64,000 bases of DNA, taken from contig OZ024743.1 of assembly GCA_964016885.1 (NCBI GenBank), forward strand, positions 139,252,001 through 139,316,000, in the 5' to 3' direction. Each line of letters opens with the position of its first letter. The stretch's first letter is position 1. A program made the position numbers and the translations under genes. The notes below the pieces were generated by a model. It did not search any database and was not told the origin of the DNA. It saw only the letters and a program-made list of their open reading frames with translations. This stretch comes from Eledone cirrhosa (lineage: Eukaryota). Below are positions 60,601 to 64,000 of this stretch, one piece after another.

Positions 60601-62943
60601 TGTGTTTGGTGCTTGGTGCTTGGTGCCTGGTGCTTGGTGCTTGGTGCTTGTTGTTTGGTGCTTGGTGCTTGGTGATTAGTGTTTGGTGCTTGGTCCTTGG
60701 AGTTTGCTGTTTGGTGCGTGGAGCTTGGTATTTGGTGCTTGGTGCTTGGTGTTTGGTGTTTGGTGCTTGGGGTTTGGTGTTTGGTGCTTGGTGCTTGGTG
60801 TTTGGTGCTTGGTGCTTGGTGTTTGGTGCTTGGTGCTTTGTGTTTGGTGCTTGGTGTTTGGTGCTTGGTGCTTGGTGCTTGGTGCTTGGTGTTAGGTGTT
60901 TGGTGCTTGGTGATTGGTGTTTGATGTTAGGTTCTTGGTGCTTGGTGTTTGGTGTTTGGTGCTTGGTACTTGGTGTTTGGTGTTTGGTGGTTGCTGCTTG
61001 GTGCTTGGTGTTTTGTGTTTGGTGCTTGGTACTTGGTGTTTGGTGTTTGGTGATTGCTGCTTGTTGCTTGGTGTTTGGTGCTTGGTGCTTGGTGATTAGT
61101 GTTTGGTGATTGGTGCTTGGGGTTTGCTGTTTGGTGCTTGGTGTTTGGTGCTTGGTGCTTGCTGTTTGGTGTTTGGTGTTTGGTTCTTGGTGCTTGGTGT
61201 TTGGTGTTTGGTGTCTGGTGCTTGAGGCTTGGTGCTTGGTGTTTGGTGCTTGGTGCTTGGTGCTTGGTGCTTGGTGTTTGGTGCTTGGTGTTTGATGCTG
61301 CGTGCTTGGTGTTTGGTGTTTGGTGCTTGGTGCTTGGTGTTTGGTGTTTGGAGCTTGGTTCCTGCTGCTTGTTGTTTGGTGTTTGGTGTTTGGTGCTTGG
61401 TGTTTGGTGTTTGGTGCTTGGTGCTTGGTGCTTGGTGTTTTGTGTTTGGTGCTTGGTGCCTGGTGCCTGGTGCTTGGTGCTTGGTGCTTGTTGTTTGGTG
61501 CTTGGTGCTTGGTGATTAGTGTTTGGTGCTTGGTGCTTGCGGTTTGATGTTTGGTGCTTGGGGTTTGGTGTTTGGTGCTTGGTGCTTGGTGTTTGGTGCT
61601 TGGTGCTTGGTGCTTGGTGTTTGGTGCTTGGTGCTTGGTGTTAGGTGTTTGGTGCTTGGTGCTTGGTGTTTGATGTTTGGTCCTTGGTGCTTGGTGTTTG
61701 GTGTTTGGTGCTTGGTGCTTGGTGTTTGGTGTTTGGTGCTTGCTGCTTGCTGCTTGGTGTTTGGTGCTTGGTGATTGGTGCTTGGTGTTTTGTGCTTGGT
61801 GCTTGGTGTTTGGTGTTTGGTGCTAGGGGCTTGGTGCTTGGTGCTTGGTGTTTGGTGCCTGGTGCTTGCTGTTTGGTTTTTGGTGCTTGGTGCGTGGGAC
61901 ATAGTGTTTGGTGTTTGGTGCTTGGTGTTTGGTGATTGGTGTTTGGTGATTGGTGTTTGGGGCTTGGTGTTCGGTGCTTGGTGCTTGGTGCTTGGGGCTT
62001 GGTGTTTGGTGTTTGCTGCTTGGTGCTTGGTGTTTGATCTTGGGTCCTTGGTGCTTGGTCTTTGGTGTTTGGTGCTTGGTGCTTGGTGTTTGGTGCTTGG
62101 TGCTTGGTGTTTGGTGTTTGGTGCTTGGTGCTTGGGGCTTGGTGTTTGGTGCTTGGTGCTTGGTGTTTGGTGCTTGGTGCTTGGGGCTTGGTAGTTGGTG
62201 CTTGGTGCTTGGTGCCTGGTGTTTGGTGTTTGGAGTTTGGTGCTTGGTGTTTGGTGCTTGGTGCTTGGTGCTGGGTGGTTGGTGTTTGGTGCTTGGTGCT
62301 TGGTGTTTGGTGCTTGGTGCTTGGTGCTTGTTGTTTGGTGCTTGGTGCTTGGTGCTTGGTCTTTGGTGCATGGTGTTTGGTGTTTGGCGCTTGGTGCTTG
62401 GTGCTTGGTGTTTGGTGCTTGGTGCTTGGTGCTTGGTGTTTGGTGCTTGGTTCTTGGTGATTAGTGTTTGTTGCTTGGTGCTTGGTGTTTGGTGTTTGGT
62501 GTTTGGTGTTTGCTGTTTGGTGTCTGCTTTTTGGTGTTTGGTGTTTGCTGTATGGTGTTTGCTGTTTCGTATTTGGTTTTTGCTGTTTGGTGTTTGGTGT
62601 TTGCTGTTTTGTGTTTGGTGTTTGGTGCTTGGTGCTTGGTGCTTGGTGTTTGGCGTTTGGTGCTTGGAGCTTGGTGTTTGGTGCTTGGTGCTTGGTGTTT
62701 GGTGTTTGGTGCTTGGTGCCTGGTGCTTGTTGTATGGTGTTTGGTGCTTGGTGCTTGGTGTTTGGTGTTTGCTGCTTGGTGTCTGGTGTTTGGTGCTTGG
62801 TGTTTGTTGCTTGGTGCTTGGTGCTTGGTGCTTGGTGTTTGGTGTTTGGTGCTTGGTGCTTGGTGTTTGGTGTTTGGTGCTGGGTGCATGGAGTTTGGTG
62901 CTTGGTGCTTAGTGCTTGGTGTTTGGTGTTTGGTGCTTGGTAT
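48671..62943 (+). repeat. Near-identical tandem duplication, period 7,140 bp (1,020 heptamers), 7,133 bp after loss of one unit near 60.4 kb
   Basis: Offsets are 7,140 (48940/56080, 49434/56574, 50883/58023, 52500/59640), then 7,133 (53389/60522, 54690/61823). The junction is at about 55811. Confidence 0.93.
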
Positions 62944-64000
62944 TTGGTGTTTGGTGTTTGATGCTTGGTGTGTGGTGCTTGGTGATTGGTGTTTTGTGTT
63001 TGGTGCTTGGTGCTTGGTGCCTGGTGCTTGGTGCTTGGTGCTTGTTGTTTGGTGCTTGGTGCTTGGTGATTAGTGTTTGGTGCTTGGTCCTTGGGGTTTG
63101 CTGTTTGGTGCGTGGAGCTTGGTATTTGGTGCTTGGTGCTTGGTGTTTGGTGTTTGGTGCTTGGGGTTTGGTGTTTGGTGCTTGGTGCTTGGTGTTTGGT
63201 GTTGGTGCTTGGTGTTTGGTGCTTGGTGCTTTGTGTTTGGTGCTTGGTGTTTGGTGCTTGGTGCTTGGTGCTTGGTGCTTGGTGTTAGGTGTTTGGTGCT
63301 TGGTGATTGGTGTTTGATGTTAGGTTCTTGGTGCTTGGTGTTTGGTGTTTGGTGCTTGGTACTTGGTGTTTGGTGTTTGGTGGTTGCTGCTTGGTGCTTG
63401 GTGTTTTGTGTTTGGAGTTTGGTGCTTGGTGTTTGGTGCTTCGGTCTTGGTGTTTGGTGGTTGGTGATTGCTGCTTGTTGCTTGGTGTTTGGTGCTTGGT
63501 GCTTGGTGATTAGTGTTTGGTGATTGGTGCTTGGGGTTTGCTGTTTGGTGCTTGGTGTTTGGTGCTTGGTGCTTGCTGTTTGGTGTTTGGTGTTTGGTTC
63601 TTGGTGCTTGGTGTTTGGTGTTTGGTGTCTGGTGCTTGGTGCTTGGTGCTTGGTGTTTGGTGCTTGGTGCTTGGTGCTTGGTGCTTGGTGCTTGGTGTTT
63701 GGTGCTTGGTGTTTGATGCTGCGTGCTTGGTGTTTGGTGTTTGGTGCTTGGTGCTTGGTGTTTGGTGTTTGGAGCTTGGTTCCTGCTGCTTGTTGTTTGG
63801 TGTTTGGTGCTTGGTGCTTGGTGTTTGGTGTTTGGTGCTTGGTGCTTGGTGCTTGGTATCTGGTGTTTGGTGCTTGGTGTTTGGTGTTTGGTGCTTGGTG
63901 CTTGGTGTTTGGTGCTTGGTGTTTGGTGTTTGGTGTTTGATGCTTGGTGTTTGCTGCTTGGTGCTTGGTGCTTGGTGTTTTGTGTTTGGGGCTTGGTGCC

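Larger units (their letters stand above)
1..64000 (+). repeat. Heptameric tandem satellite (TTGGTGY)n, about 9,140 units, continuing beyond both window edges
   Basis: The sequence parses into 7-mers TTGGTGC or TTGGTGT from position 4 to the end, with scattered single-base variants (TTGGTGA, TTAGTGT, TTGCTGT, TTGGGGT, CTGGTGC, TTGATGY, TTTGTGT). No non-repeat segment or orientation switch was seen. Confidence 0.99.

Noticed and set aside
63196-63201. Singleton 6-bp units (here and at 1299-1304) as meaningful boundaries
   Set aside because: Each is seen once with no change in flanking pattern, so a private deletion or consensus error is equally likely.
893-63540. CRISPR-like arrangement of a constant box with variable spacers
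   Set aside because: The intervals are hundreds of bp of the same heptamer and are copies of each other. There are no unique spacers, leader or cas genes.
4-63940. Hundreds of + strand ORFs encoding Trp/Cys/Leu/Val-rich membrane-like proteins
   Set aside because: They overlap in all three frames with the same heptapeptide, start mostly at TTG/GTG inside the repeat and stop at sporadic variant units. There is no unique domain, so they are translation artefacts.
1-64000. Canonical telomerase-synthesised telomere tract
   Set aside because: The unit is not a telomere repeat I recognise, and variant patterns are copied over kilobases, which indicates recombination or replication-based amplification.
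1-64000. Pure sequencing or basecalling artefact
   Set aside because: Rare variants recur in fixed order at exact offsets with almost no random indels, unlike low-complexity basecaller noise. Copy numbers of the near-identical duplications still need read validation.
1-64000. Bacterial short tandem heptamer repeats (cyanobacterial STRR) or Chi-site (GCTGGTGG) clusters
   Set aside because: Those occur as short tracts among genes, whereas this is 64 kb without genes. I did not notice the exact Chi octamer as a recurring element, and the similarity is compositional.

Overview
The whole 64-kb window is one uninterrupted, single-orientation satellite array of the 7-bp unit TTGGTGY (TTGGTGC / TTGGTGT; minus strand GCACCAA / ACACCAA), about 9,140 units. 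The + strand is almost only G and T, and A is very rare. I see no genes, RNA genes, transposons, CRISPR arrays or unique sequence. Every ORF in the track is a by-product of the repeat: 7 is coprime with 3, so all three frames of a strand give the same heptapeptide (GAWCLVL-like on +, PSTKHQA-like on -). The interest is in hidden structure. Rare variant heptamers act as barcodes and reveal nested higher-order repeats (HORs): 154/196/455/511/574-bp local duplications, a ~2.1-3 kb module, 3,520 / 3,842 / ~6,600 / 7,140-bp tandem duplications and an inferred 8,923-bp ancestral super-unit. There are two sub-family domains, a conserved GATTAG-centred box about every 650 bp, and near-perfect 7-bp phase (12 net shifts, all -1). 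This looks like eukaryotic (peri)centromeric or subtelomeric heterochromatin, but neither organism nor function can be determined from this window. Offsets come from hand comparison and ORF-track coordinates, not computed alignments.
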